From Fidelibacterota bacterium (GTDB lineage Bacteria > Fidelibacterota > Marinisomatia > Marinisomatales > UBA1611), in contig DTUG01000136.1 in NCBI GenBank assembly GCA_012964275.1, positions 1 through 42,048 of the forward strand: a stretch of DNA of 42,048 nucleotides, written 5' to 3'. Made by a program: the position numbers and the translations under genes. This document shows positions 10,138 to 19,500 of the stretch, one piece after another. How positions within the stretch are numbered: the first letter of the stretch is position 1; each line of letters begins with the position of its first letter. The notes beneath the pieces are model-generated. The model made no database searches and was not told where the DNA came from. It worked only from the letters and a program-made list of their open reading frames with translations.

Positions 10138-10893
10138 ATAGAAAAAAGAATTTTTATCACTGGTGCCAGCAGCGGCATAGGAAGGTCTTTAGCAGAGTAT
10201 TATGCGCAGCAAAAAGCTATCCTAGGGTTAGCTGCGCGGCGAGTTAATCTTCTTGAGGAAGTTGCCGAACTATGCCGCCAATCAGGCTCAAAAGTTTATG
10301 TGTTTCAACTTGATGTACGGAAACCAGATGATTGTGCCCAAGCTGCGCGTGAATTTATTGCTGTTGCGGATGGTATCGATATTGTTATAGCCAATTCCGG
10401 GATTGGAGGCAACGATAAATTACTTTCAGGAAATAGCGAACAAATAAATAATATTCTTGCAACAAATTTACTCGGAGTCACTAATACCATATTCCCATTC
10501 ATCCCGACTCTCATACAGCAGCAATCCGGAACAATCGTGGGTATTAGTTCAGTTGCCAGTTTTCTGTCTCTCCCAATACATGGTGGTTATGCAGGATCAA
10601 AAGTGGCAATGCGCCGTATGTTTGATTCCTGGCGTATCACTATGAAAAATGATGGTATTAAATTAGTTACAATTTGTCCTGGGTTTATCGAAACACCTAT
10701 GACGGCAGAAATAAAATCTACACCATTTATTAAGAGCCTCGAACAAGCAACACCCATCTTTGCGAATGCAATCGACAAGGGAGTTCCAACCTTTATTTAT
10801 CCATGGCAAATGCGGTGGCTTATAAAACTGGTGAATATATTGCCAAATTCAATGGTGACGTGGATTCTAAGCCAGATGAAGGCAAATTCGTAG
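10138..10893 (+). CDS. Short-chain dehydrogenase/reductase (SDR); start codon unresolved
   Basis: The track ORF starts at GTG 10300. However, the in-frame upstream sequence encodes the Rossmann motif (RIFITGASSGIGRSLAEYY, about 10147-10200). Downstream are NSGIG and the catalytic Y-x3-K (GGYAGSKVA). No ATG/GTG/TTG lies between the stop at 10123 and 10300. AAGGAG (10125-10130) sits 7 nt before ATA 10138. Confidence 0.6.
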   Translation: MEKRIFITGASSGIGRSLAEYYAQQKAILGLAARRVNLLEEVAELCRQSGSKVYVFQLDVRKPDDCAQAAREFIAVADGIDIVIANSGIGGNDKLLSGNSEQINNILATNLLGVTNTIFPFIPTLIQQQSGTIVGISSVASFLSLPIHGGYAGSKVAMRRMFDSWRITMKNDGIKLVTICPGFIETPMTAEIKSTPFIKSLEQATPIFANAIDKGVPTFIYPWQMRWLIKLVNILPNSMVTWILSQMKANS

Positions 10894-10902
10894 ACTTATA
10901 GG

Positions 10903-11184
10903 TTACAGTTTAATTGCATCCGTTTCTATTGCCATTTGCAGACATTTTTCTGTCACTCCGCCCTGATCATGAGATGTAAAGGCAACTTCGACACGGCACC
11001 AGCCAATGACCAAATCCGGGTGATGATTAGCCGCTTCGGCTTTGTTTGCCAGCTTATTCACAAATTTGATTCCATCCATATAAGCACTAAAAGTGAATAT
11101 TTTTGTAATCGCATTATCTTTGAACACCCAGCCATTTAATCCTGTGAGTTTGGATTTTATTTCAGAACCTGATAGACGACTCAT
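10903..11184 (-). CDS. 4a-hydroxytetrahydrobiopterin (pterin-4-alpha-carbinolamine) dehydratase
   Basis: 93 aa. GW...F.F..F..A..F...VA..AE..NHHPDL..GW..V.V..T.H pattern (ANHHPDLVIGWCRVEVAFTSHD). Confidence 0.8.
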   Translation of the reverse strand: MSRLSGSEIKSKLTGLNGWVFKDNAITKIFTFSAYMDGIKFVNKLANKAEAANHHPDLVIGWCRVEVAFTSHDQGGVTEKCLQMAIETDAIKL

Positions 11185-12578
11185 ATCGGAACTTTTTCTA
11201 GTCTGTTTAATTTATTCATTTCTATTCTTACCCAACTTACAGCGATCACAAATGCAATACTTGTGGATATCATCATAGCATACCAATTCCACTCCACAGG
11301 TTTGCTCAATACAAAACTAAAATACATTGCGAGTGGAGCAGACACACCAAGTACCCGGATTATTGTAATAACCAAAACTGGGATACCATTCCCTAAACCC
11401 TGCATCACCCGACCAGATATGATCGCAATGGCAACGAATGGATACACCAAGGTCATTAAGCGTAAAAACTCTACCGCTACATTCTGAATCTCAACGTCAC
11501 TAGTAAAAAACTCTGAAAACGTAGGGGCGAAGGCATAGACAAATGCCGATGAACCTACGGTAATAAAAAAAGCGCGAGATATTCCATAGTTGACTATGGA
11601 TTTCAGAGATTTAATTTCTTTCGCTCCATAAAACATTCCTACCAGTGTCGTCAATGCACCGGCAATAGCAAAGATGGGCAGAAAAATGAGCATATCCAAT
11701 CGCCCCGCTACCTGGTATGCCGCAACTGTCTGTGATGAATAGTGAATCAGGATTCTATTAAATACTCCCTGCCCAAGTGCCATGATGACCATGGATAACG
11801 ACGCAGGCATTCCGACCTTAATGATATCCCATAAAATAGTTTTTGATGGTGAAAAAAATTGTAATCGAAATGTTATATAAGCATGCTCCTTCACAAAAAG
11901 CATAAAAATAAATATAACAAAAACTGTGGCCTGGCTAATAACAGTTGCTATAGCGGCACCTTTGACACCAAGACCAAATCCAATGCTACCAAATTGTTTC
12001 AATTCAAAAATAAAAAGGGGATCTAAAATAATATTTAAAATAGTTCCCAATGCTGCCACTATCATGGGGAACTTCATGTCACCTTCTCCTGCCAGAATTG
12101 ATCGGAAAAACCCAGAGAAAATCATAAATGGCAAACCAATACAAATCACAAAGAGATAATCCCAGCCTAGTTCAAGGATCTTTCCATCAGCACCCAGTGA
12201 CTTCAAAATATCCTGACCGTATACCAATCCAAGGGATGTAAATATCAGGCTGATGATAGCACCCAACGCAAGGGCGTGCTCTGCACTATTATCCGCGTTG
12301 GATTTATTGTTTTCGCCGATAAATCTAGCGATAGATGCTGTCACGCCAGTACCCAAACCCATGGTGAGCCCAAGCATCAAAAAGAAAAGCGGCATGTTGA
12401 ATGCAATCCCCGCAATTGCATCACCGCCTAAACGACCAATGAATATCATATCTACCAAGTTGTAGAGTGTATGAATTCCCATACCAAACATAATAGGAAT
12501 TGCCAAAGACCATAGGGCTTTCGATGGATTTTCCAGAAAGGTTTTAAGACGAGATTCAGGTTTAGAATTCAGATCCAT
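11181..12578 (-). CDS. MATE family efflux transporter
   Basis: 465 aa, about 12 TM, with an N-terminus LWSLAIPIMFGMGIHTLYNLVDMIFIGRLG typical of NorM/MATE. 4-nt overlap with the downstream dehydratase gene. Confidence 0.75.
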   Translation of the reverse strand: MDLNSKPESRLKTFLENPSKALWSLAIPIMFGMGIHTLYNLVDMIFIGRLGGDAIAGIAFNMPLFFLMLGLTMGLGTGVTASIARFIGENNKSNADNSAEHALALGAIISLIFTSLGLVYGQDILKSLGADGKILELGWDYLFVICIGLPFMIFSGFFRSILAGEGDMKFPMIVAALGTILNIILDPLFIFELKQFGSIGFGLGVKGAAIATVISQATVFVIFIFMLFVKEHAYITFRLQFFSPSKTILWDIIKVGMPASLSMVIMALGQGVFNRILIHYSSQTVAAYQVAGRLDMLIFLPIFAIAGALTTLVGMFYGAKEIKSLKSIVNYGISRAFFITVGSSAFVYAFAPTFSEFFTSDVEIQNVAVEFLRLMTLVYPFVAIAIISGRVMQGLGNGIPVLVITIIRVLGVSAPLAMYFSFVLSKPVEWNWYAMMISTSIAFVIAVSWVRIEMNKLNRLEKVPI

Positions 12579-12670
12579 AAACTTGGAATTTAGAGATTAA
12601 CTAGATTAAGATTATATTTTTGATTTGCAATTATAAAGAATATCTGCTGTGAAGTCAGATCAGAAATATT

Positions 12671-14464
12671 TCAAACCGGCCAGATCATTGGTAGAAATAT
12701 AATAGCAGAAACCCAAAACAATATCGCTAGTGGAAACCCTACACGAATAAAATCACTGAATTTGTATCCACCAGGTCCATACACCATTAGATTAGTCTGG
12801 TAACCTACTGGTGTTATAAATGAAGCCGATGCCGCAAAGGCCACAGCAAAAATAAAAGGGCGTGAATCAAATCCCATTTGCACCGAAACGGCAAGGGCAA
12901 CAGGTGTCATGATAATAGCTGTAGCCGCATTGGATGAAATTTCTGTAAGAATCATAGTGATAAGATAGATCAATGCCAGCAAGAAATGGGCGTGCCATTC
13001 TGGAGATGACATTCGTGCTATTTTAGAAATAATCTTACCAATCCATTCGGCTGTTCCTGTAGTCTGAATAACAATTCCAACAGGAATCAACGCAGCGATT
13101 AGAACTATCACCTGCCAGTGAATGGATTGATAACTTTCCTGAGGAGTTAATACCTTAAGTGCTAAAAGAAGTGCTACACCAATAAGAGTGCCCTTCATAA
13201 TGGGCATGATGCCTAATGCGGCAAGAATAACAGCACCCAGAATAATAATAATACTCACCCACCAGAATCGTTGTTTCCGCAATTCTGCTTTAACCTCCCC
13301 AAGTACAATAAAATCGCCTTTGTTTGACAAACTTTCAATATTTTTAGCAGGGCCATAAACAAGCAGTGTGTCATAAGCCTGTAATATTACATGGGCAATC
13401 TTTTTCCGAAAAATATCGCCTTCCCGACGAATGGCCAGAATAAACGCTCCAAACCGTTGTCGAAAATTAGATGCCATCAAGCTTTTTCCAACAAGATCAG
13501 ATTGATCTGTCAAAAGACATTCCACCAGCACATTATCTTCCTGCTCCAATTCAGATTGGGTGAGTTTTTCATCTGTCAATAGCGTGATTTTTTCCACTTC
13601 TTTCATTCGGAGAAAATTCTCGAGAGTGCCCCGGACAAATAATGTATCGCCAACTTGTAATGGTGTTCTGCGAATATTTCGCGTGATGAGTTGCTTTTCC
13701 CGAAGAATATCTAACACCATGACATCATAATTATAATTGATTCCACGGTCTAAACAGGTTTTGCCTATTAAAGGCGATCCTGCAATAATCTTCATTTCAG
13801 TAAGATACCCACCGAGATGGTAACTCTTTGTTAAACTGGATGTAACTGTTCGTGATGGCAATAGTTTTGGAGCAATAAACAGTATATAGATCAATCCCAA
13901 GCTCATAAGTATTACACCGTATCTGGTGAATTCGAACATACCGAGTGGTTCCACACTTCCACTACCGGAATAGATAGAATTCACAAGCAGATTAGTGGAT
14001 GTCCCTACTAAAGTTAAGGTTCCACCCAGAATCGCAGCATAACTCAGTGGAATTAACATTTTGGATGGACTAACCTGGTATGTGTGGGCCAATCGAATCG
14101 TTACTGGCATAAAAATAGCTACAACTGCTGTATTGTTTACCAACGCTGATGCAAATCCAATGGCCATCAAATATACTGCAGTTCCAAGAGTCCGTGATTT
14201 GCTTGCAAGACGATTGATACGGACTACCAAGTATTCCAATACACCCGTTTTTTGCAGTGAATGACTTAATACAAATAAAAATGCTATGGTAATCACAGCG
14301 GGATTAGAAAACCCAGACACGGCTTCGAGAGGTGATAAATACCCTAGTAGAAAAAGGATCGATAAAAGAATCAAGGCAGTCACGTCAAGACTAAAGGTCT
14401 CCGCCACAAATAGTATAAAGCCGAGGGCCAAAAGCCCCAGGATAATGGCAATATCGGGTGTCAT
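12671..14464 (-). CDS. SLC13/DASS family permease with two central TrkA-C (RCK C-terminal) domains
   Basis: 597 aa. Two polytopic membrane halves flank a soluble ~200-aa insert (GKTCLD...VMVLDILR..., GKSLMAS...FILAIRREG) in the TrkA-C pattern. The C-terminal motif ASFITPVGYQTNLMVYGPGGY is DASS-like. Confidence 0.7.
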   Translation of the reverse strand: MTPDIAIILGLLALGFILFVAETFSLDVTALILLSILFLLGYLSPLEAVSGFSNPAVITIAFLFVLSHSLQKTGVLEYLVVRINRLASKSRTLGTAVYLMAIGFASALVNNTAVVAIFMPVTIRLAHTYQVSPSKMLIPLSYAAILGGTLTLVGTSTNLLVNSIYSGSGSVEPLGMFEFTRYGVILMSLGLIYILFIAPKLLPSRTVTSSLTKSYHLGGYLTEMKIIAGSPLIGKTCLDRGINYNYDVMVLDILREKQLITRNIRRTPLQVGDTLFVRGTLENFLRMKEVEKITLLTDEKLTQSELEQEDNVLVECLLTDQSDLVGKSLMASNFRQRFGAFILAIRREGDIFRKKIAHVILQAYDTLLVYGPAKNIESLSNKGDFIVLGEVKAELRKQRFWWVSIIIILGAVILAALGIMPIMKGTLIGVALLLALKVLTPQESYQSIHWQVIVLIAALIPVGIVIQTTGTAEWIGKIISKIARMSSPEWHAHFLLALIYLITMILTEISSNAATAIIMTPVALAVSVQMGFDSRPFIFAVAFAASASFITPVGYQTNLMVYGPGGYKFSDFIRVGFPLAILFWVSAIIFLPMIWPV

Positions 14465-14512
14465 TGAATCAAATTTATATTAGGAGAATGGGAGATGCAA
14501 TGCAGGTAAAAT

Positions 14513-14830
14513 CTAACAAAAAGGGTGATCAGTATTTTCAACCGATTTATCATCTCGGTCAGAATTTGACCATCCAGATGTAACTTCATCATCCAAAATA
14601 GAATTAAGAATGGTTTCAATTATAACTTTCCGACGTACATTGTTTAAAACAGCCATAACGAAAATGGGGTATTCCGCATCCGGCAGCACTTTTTCCCATT
14701 CATCAAACAGATCGGTATGATCCAGGAATTTATCTACATCAGGGTCCACTTTAAGTTTATCGGAAACCTCATCCTGAATTGCAAAAAGTTGCATCCTCAG
14801 GTCTTCTTTTGATAAAGATCTTAAACTCAT
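14513..14830 (-). CDS. Hypothetical acidic 105-aa protein, translationally coupled to the HD-GYP gene
   Basis: ORF whose ATG overlaps the upstream gene's stop (ATGA at 14827-14830). No motif recognised. Confidence 0.4.
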   Translation of the reverse strand: MSLRSLSKEDLRMQLFAIQDEVSDKLKVDPDVDKFLDHTDLFDEWEKVLPDAEYPIFVMAVLNNVRRKVIIETILNSILDDEVTSGWSNSDRDDKSVENTDHPFC

Positions 14831-16434
14831 CTCTTTGCAAGGGTTAGTTCTTCATCCACTTCATCGATCTGGTTTTTCGCAACGAACTTATCAGCATATT
14901 TTTTATATACACCGGTTTTTACAAAAATTTCAAACAGGTCTTCATCAATATGGTAATCATTTTTCATAAAACCCATGATCCGCATGGCATCTGATATTTT
15001 CTTGCCATCTTTGTACGGTCGGTCTGGAGCAGTAAGCGCTTCATAAATATCAGCAATGGCCATAATCTTCGCCTGGGGGGACATTTGGTCTTCCTTAAGT
15101 CCTTTTGGATATCCGGTTCCATCCATTTTCTCATGATGACCGCCAGCAAACTCTGGAACATTCTTCAGTTGCTTGGGATAGGGTAATTGCTCCAACATTT
15201 CGATTGTTATGACAATGTGATCATTGATTATTTCCCTTTCCTCAGGCAAGAGTGTGCCTTTTTTTATACTCAAATTTTCAATTTCATTATCAGTAAGAAA
15301 ATTTTCATTATTACCGAACATTAATACTTTTTTTTGTCCAATAGACTTGACTTTTTCCTGATCTTCAGGTTTCATGAATTCACCACCCACATTACTTTTC
15401 TCAAGAAATGCCATGTTTTCTTCCAACTCTTTTATGGAAGAATTGTATTCCTCATCATAATCCTGCGATGGTTCACCATTTAACTGTCTCTTTAAAAAAG
15501 CAATTTCAGCATCTTTCTTCAAGAGTGCCATTCGAGTTCTTATTAATTCAATTCGATCAAAGATTGTCTCTAACTTGGTCCCTTTATCCACAACATGGGG
15601 TGGTGTGGCAACTTTTCCGCAGTCATGTAGCCAGGCAGCAATGTAAAGTTCATAGCGCTCATCTTCTGTCATTGAGAAATCTTTATACTTTCCTTCTGTA
15701 GTCTCCGCGACAGCATCAGCCAGCATCATCGTAATCACCGGAACCCGGGTACAATGACCACCGGTGTACTCGGATTTTTTGTCGATGGCAGTTGCTATAA
15801 GTTGGATAAACGATTCAAAAAGTGTTTTCAATTCTTCAACCAGTTTCTTATTTGTCAGGGCTACAGCACCCTGAGATGCAAGAGATTCCACCTGTTCCTG
15901 CATGTCATCATTAAAAGGAATCACATTGTCATTTTTATCTCTCGCATTGATAAGCTGAACCACACCAATAATATCATTTTCATGGTTTTTTAGTGGAACT
16001 GTTAAGAAGGATTTTGAACGATAGCCGGTATTTTTATCAAATGCTTTCGTTCCCGTAAAATCGAATCCTTCTTCTTCGTATGCATCTCCAATATTCACCG
16101 TTTTCCCAGTAAGCGCCACATAAGCTGATACATTTGTTTGATTTGGAGTTGAATCGTCAATCCAAAGTTGTACGGGATCATAAGGAATGTCCACGCCAGA
16201 TGTTCCACCCATTATTGTATTCATGGTATCATTGCGTAGAATTTCAAATTGTAGATTTCCTTCTTCATTTTTTGAATAAAGTGTCCTACCATCTGCATTA
16301 GAGATATTTCTGGCTTGCTTCAAGATCATTTCAAATAATTTATTGGAATTTCTTTCTGTTGAGAGAGCAATACCGATTTCGCTCAAACGGTGAATTCTTT
16401 CCTCGAGTATTTTTATTTTCTTTTTGTAATCCAT
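14827..16434 (-). CDS. GAF domain / HD-GYP domain c-di-GMP phosphodiesterase
   Basis: HD (AAWLHDCGK) and GGHHEKMDGTGYPKGL (HD-GYP signature). The N-terminal half is GAF-like. Start set to the ATG at 16434 (MDYKKKIKILE...) because the longer track ORF runs into the divergent gene. Confidence 0.8.
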   Translation of the reverse strand: MDYKKKIKILEERIHRLSEIGIALSTERNSNKLFEMILKQARNISNADGRTLYSKNEEGNLQFEILRNDTMNTIMGGTSGVDIPYDPVQLWIDDSTPNQTNVSAYVALTGKTVNIGDAYEEEGFDFTGTKAFDKNTGYRSKSFLTVPLKNHENDIIGVVQLINARDKNDNVIPFNDDMQEQVESLASQGAVALTNKKLVEELKTLFESFIQLIATAIDKKSEYTGGHCTRVPVITMMLADAVAETTEGKYKDFSMTEDERYELYIAAWLHDCGKVATPPHVVDKGTKLETIFDRIELIRTRMALLKKDAEIAFLKRQLNGEPSQDYDEEYNSSIKELEENMAFLEKSNVGGEFMKPEDQEKVKSIGQKKVLMFGNNENFLTDNEIENLSIKKGTLLPEEREIINDHIVITIEMLEQLPYPKQLKNVPEFAGGHHEKMDGTGYPKGLKEDQMSPQAKIMAIADIYEALTAPDRPYKDGKKISDAMRIMGFMKNDYHIDEDLFEIFVKTGVYKKYADKFVAKNQIDEVDEELTLAKR

Positions 16435-16564
16435 AATAATAGAGAATTGAGTGGGAAAGTTTTGTTCCCTTAATGAATGTACAGAATCAGGGTCTATTGG
16501 GCAATATTTCATTCCGCGAAATACTACCATTTATGATGAAGCCATTAAAATCATAATTTTGAGC

Positions 16565-19500
16565 ATGAATCAAGTAAATCAAAGAAGTATTTCAGAACTT
16601 TTTGATCTAGCAGGGAAAAATCGGGTAGATATGGCCAATTTTCGAACGGTACTTGATAATATTGATTCTTCGGACACTGATCACCAAACAATACATCATT
16701 TCTTAGAATGTTTCCATCTTCCGGCAGTAAATAGGATAATTGTGGAAAATCAAGCCACAGATTACTGGTTTGATAAAATAACCCACTTAATACAAAAATC
16801 TCGGTATCATGTTGGACACCTTATAAAACAGCGAACATCTCGTTACGGTGAAAAACCTCTTTTTCTTACTATCGAGGGTGACTCTGTAATATCAGTTTCG
16901 TATAATAAGGTATGGTACGACGTGATCCAAATCGGGCGCGCTTTAGACATGCTTTCGGAAGAAGAAATGGAACCTGTTATTGGCTTGCTTTCTTATAATC
17001 AATATAGGTGTGCTTTATTGGATTTAGCCTGCTTATCATTTGGATTCCGGGTAGTTCCAATTCCGCTAAATACCACTATTGAACATTTGTCGCATATTCT
17101 ACATGAAGCAGAGATCACACACCTTTTTATCGGTGGAGAAAAAGGGGCTCGGCTCTGGAATGCGATATTTAAAGGGTATGATTTGGCTATTATTGATCTT
17201 AACGAAATAAATTCTTTGAAAGGTCAAATAACATCTTGGGAAACGTTTCGGGATCTTTCAGATAAAAATGAAAAATTTGATTTAAATCATCGTTTGGAGA
17301 GCCAGGATATGACTTGGCCCATCACTATCATGTATACATCTGGTTCTACCGATCAGCCAAAGGGCGTCATATTCAATCAGGTAAACCTGATGTCAAAACG
17401 ATTTGCGAGAGCTATGGCCTTGCCTGAATTTTCCTCATCAGACACATTCTTATGCTATTTACCCTTGTTTCACACTTTTGGTCGTTATTTTGAATTATTA
17501 GGTTCGATTTTCTGGGGAGCGACTTATGCCTTTGCAGAATCGCCAGCATTCAATTCGTTATTAAAGGATTTCCAACTGGTTTCGCCCAGTATATTTATTA
17601 GTATACCAAAACGCTGGATACAATTATATGAATATCTGGAAGAAAAACTTGAACTTGATTCCGCTTCTGATACAATAATCTGTCAGAAATTAACGGATAT
17701 CACTGGCGGGCAATTACAATGGGGATTATCTGCTGCAGGATATTTAGACCCTGATTATTTTAAGTTTTTTCAGGAGCATGGTATACAATTGCTGAGTGGA
17801 TATGGTATGACGGAAGCAACCGGTGGGATCACCATGACTCCCCCAGGGAATTATTTGGATAATTCGGTTGGAAAATCTCTGCCTGGCATAAAACTGAAAA
17901 TAGCTGAGGACGGAGAACTGTGTATGCAAGGACCGTATGTTTCAAATGGATTTTATAAAACCAAAGATTCAGAATCATTTAAGAATGGGTGGTTCCATAG
18001 CGGAGATATTTTTGAAAAAAGAGGTAATCATTTTTTTATTATAGATAGAAAAAAAGATATATATAAAAATAGTCGCGGCCAGACGATCGCACCCCAAAAG
18101 ATCGAGAATCTTTTTCAGGATTTTGATTCGGTGCAATCTGTTTTTCTTGCCGGTGATGGCCGGGAGTTTAATACGGTGCTCATTTATCCTGATAAGGAAA
18201 ACATACCATATGATTTATATAATGTGGACAATCAGAAAATTCGTGATCTTTTCAGCGGCATGTTGGTATCGGTAAATAGTTTTTTATCAGCTTTTGAACG
18301 TATCGTGAATTTTGCAATTATTGATCGGGACTTTAGTATAGAAAAAGGCGAACTGACTCAAAAGGGAACATTTAACAGGAAAAATGTCCTAAAAAATTTT
18401 TCTAAAATGATTGAACCCATGTACGAACGAAACTATGTCAGCTTGCACTCAGGTACAAAAGAAATATGGTTCCCCAATTGGTTGATACGAGAAAAAGGTA
18501 CTGTAAAAACAAATCTGAGTTGGGATGGCAATAAAATTTCTATAAAAGGACAAGACCAAACGCTAAGACTAATATGGACCGATTCAAATCTGCAGGTGGG
18601 CGAATTCAAATATCATACCGATTCGCAGATTCTGGATTTACAATCATTTGTTAATTCTCCAAATCTCTGGCTGGGGAATAATGAGTTTACGCTATTCACA
18701 TCTGAAACTGTTTTCAGGATCAAAGAGGCAGACCTCACTACTGAGATTCGGGTCAAAATTGATTCTGATACATTTGCATTAACTAAGATCGATAAAAAAG
18801 ATAATGAAAATGAAACCAATTCATTAGAAAAGATTCATCATTCCGTTCGTTCTTATCTTTCTAATGAGCAATCCTTTTTTGATGCCTTAATACATATCCT
18901 GAATCTTGATATCTTTGAATGGTCCGACGTTATCCTGGATACATTACTGCAATACCAAGAACATCCAGATCCAAATTTCAGGTTGAAAATGATCGAGGCC
19001 ATTGCTCCAATATTATCGGGTGATTTTTTTATTAATCTCCTTGAAACTACTTATCACTATTACCGAAAAAACAATGGTAAGAAGGAGTTTGCATTTGATA
19101 TTGATCGATTAACAGAATCGCAATACCGCTCTCTTATTCTATTTCTAAATGATACGCATGAAAATGTTAATGATCTGGAACAGGCTGATTTTGACTTTAT
19201 TCAAACAGTGCTTTTCATGATATCAGAATATGGTGTGATCCATCCTACTCAATTTATTTTGGCTAGGTCGGAATTGGTCTCTTGGCAATTCTCTAATGTA
19301 CCAAAACCGATCTATTCAGCTGCACAGAAGGCATATTACAACCTTGTAAACGGGTTTCGAACGTGGATTGGTCCCAATACATCCATAACAGTTGACAGAA
19401 ATACACAAGAGGAATATTCTTGGAAAGATGTTATTGAATTTGATGATAATGTGCGTACTCGACATAAAAAGGTACTCTTGGAAACATTGAGTAAAACAGC

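Noticed and set aside
12579-12670. Possible terminator hairpin (ATCTG...CAGAT) between the DASS and MATE genes
   Set aside because: The stem is only 5 bp with a 9-nt loop and no clear U-tract, which is not convincing.
16435-16564. N-terminal extensions of both divergent genes (minus ORF to 16530, plus ORF from GTG 16451), which would overlap each other
   Set aside because: The extensions overlap on opposite strands and leave no promoter region. Internal ATGs at 16434 (MDYKKK...) and 16565 (MNQVNQ...) give sensible N-termini and a 130-nt divergent intergenic region.
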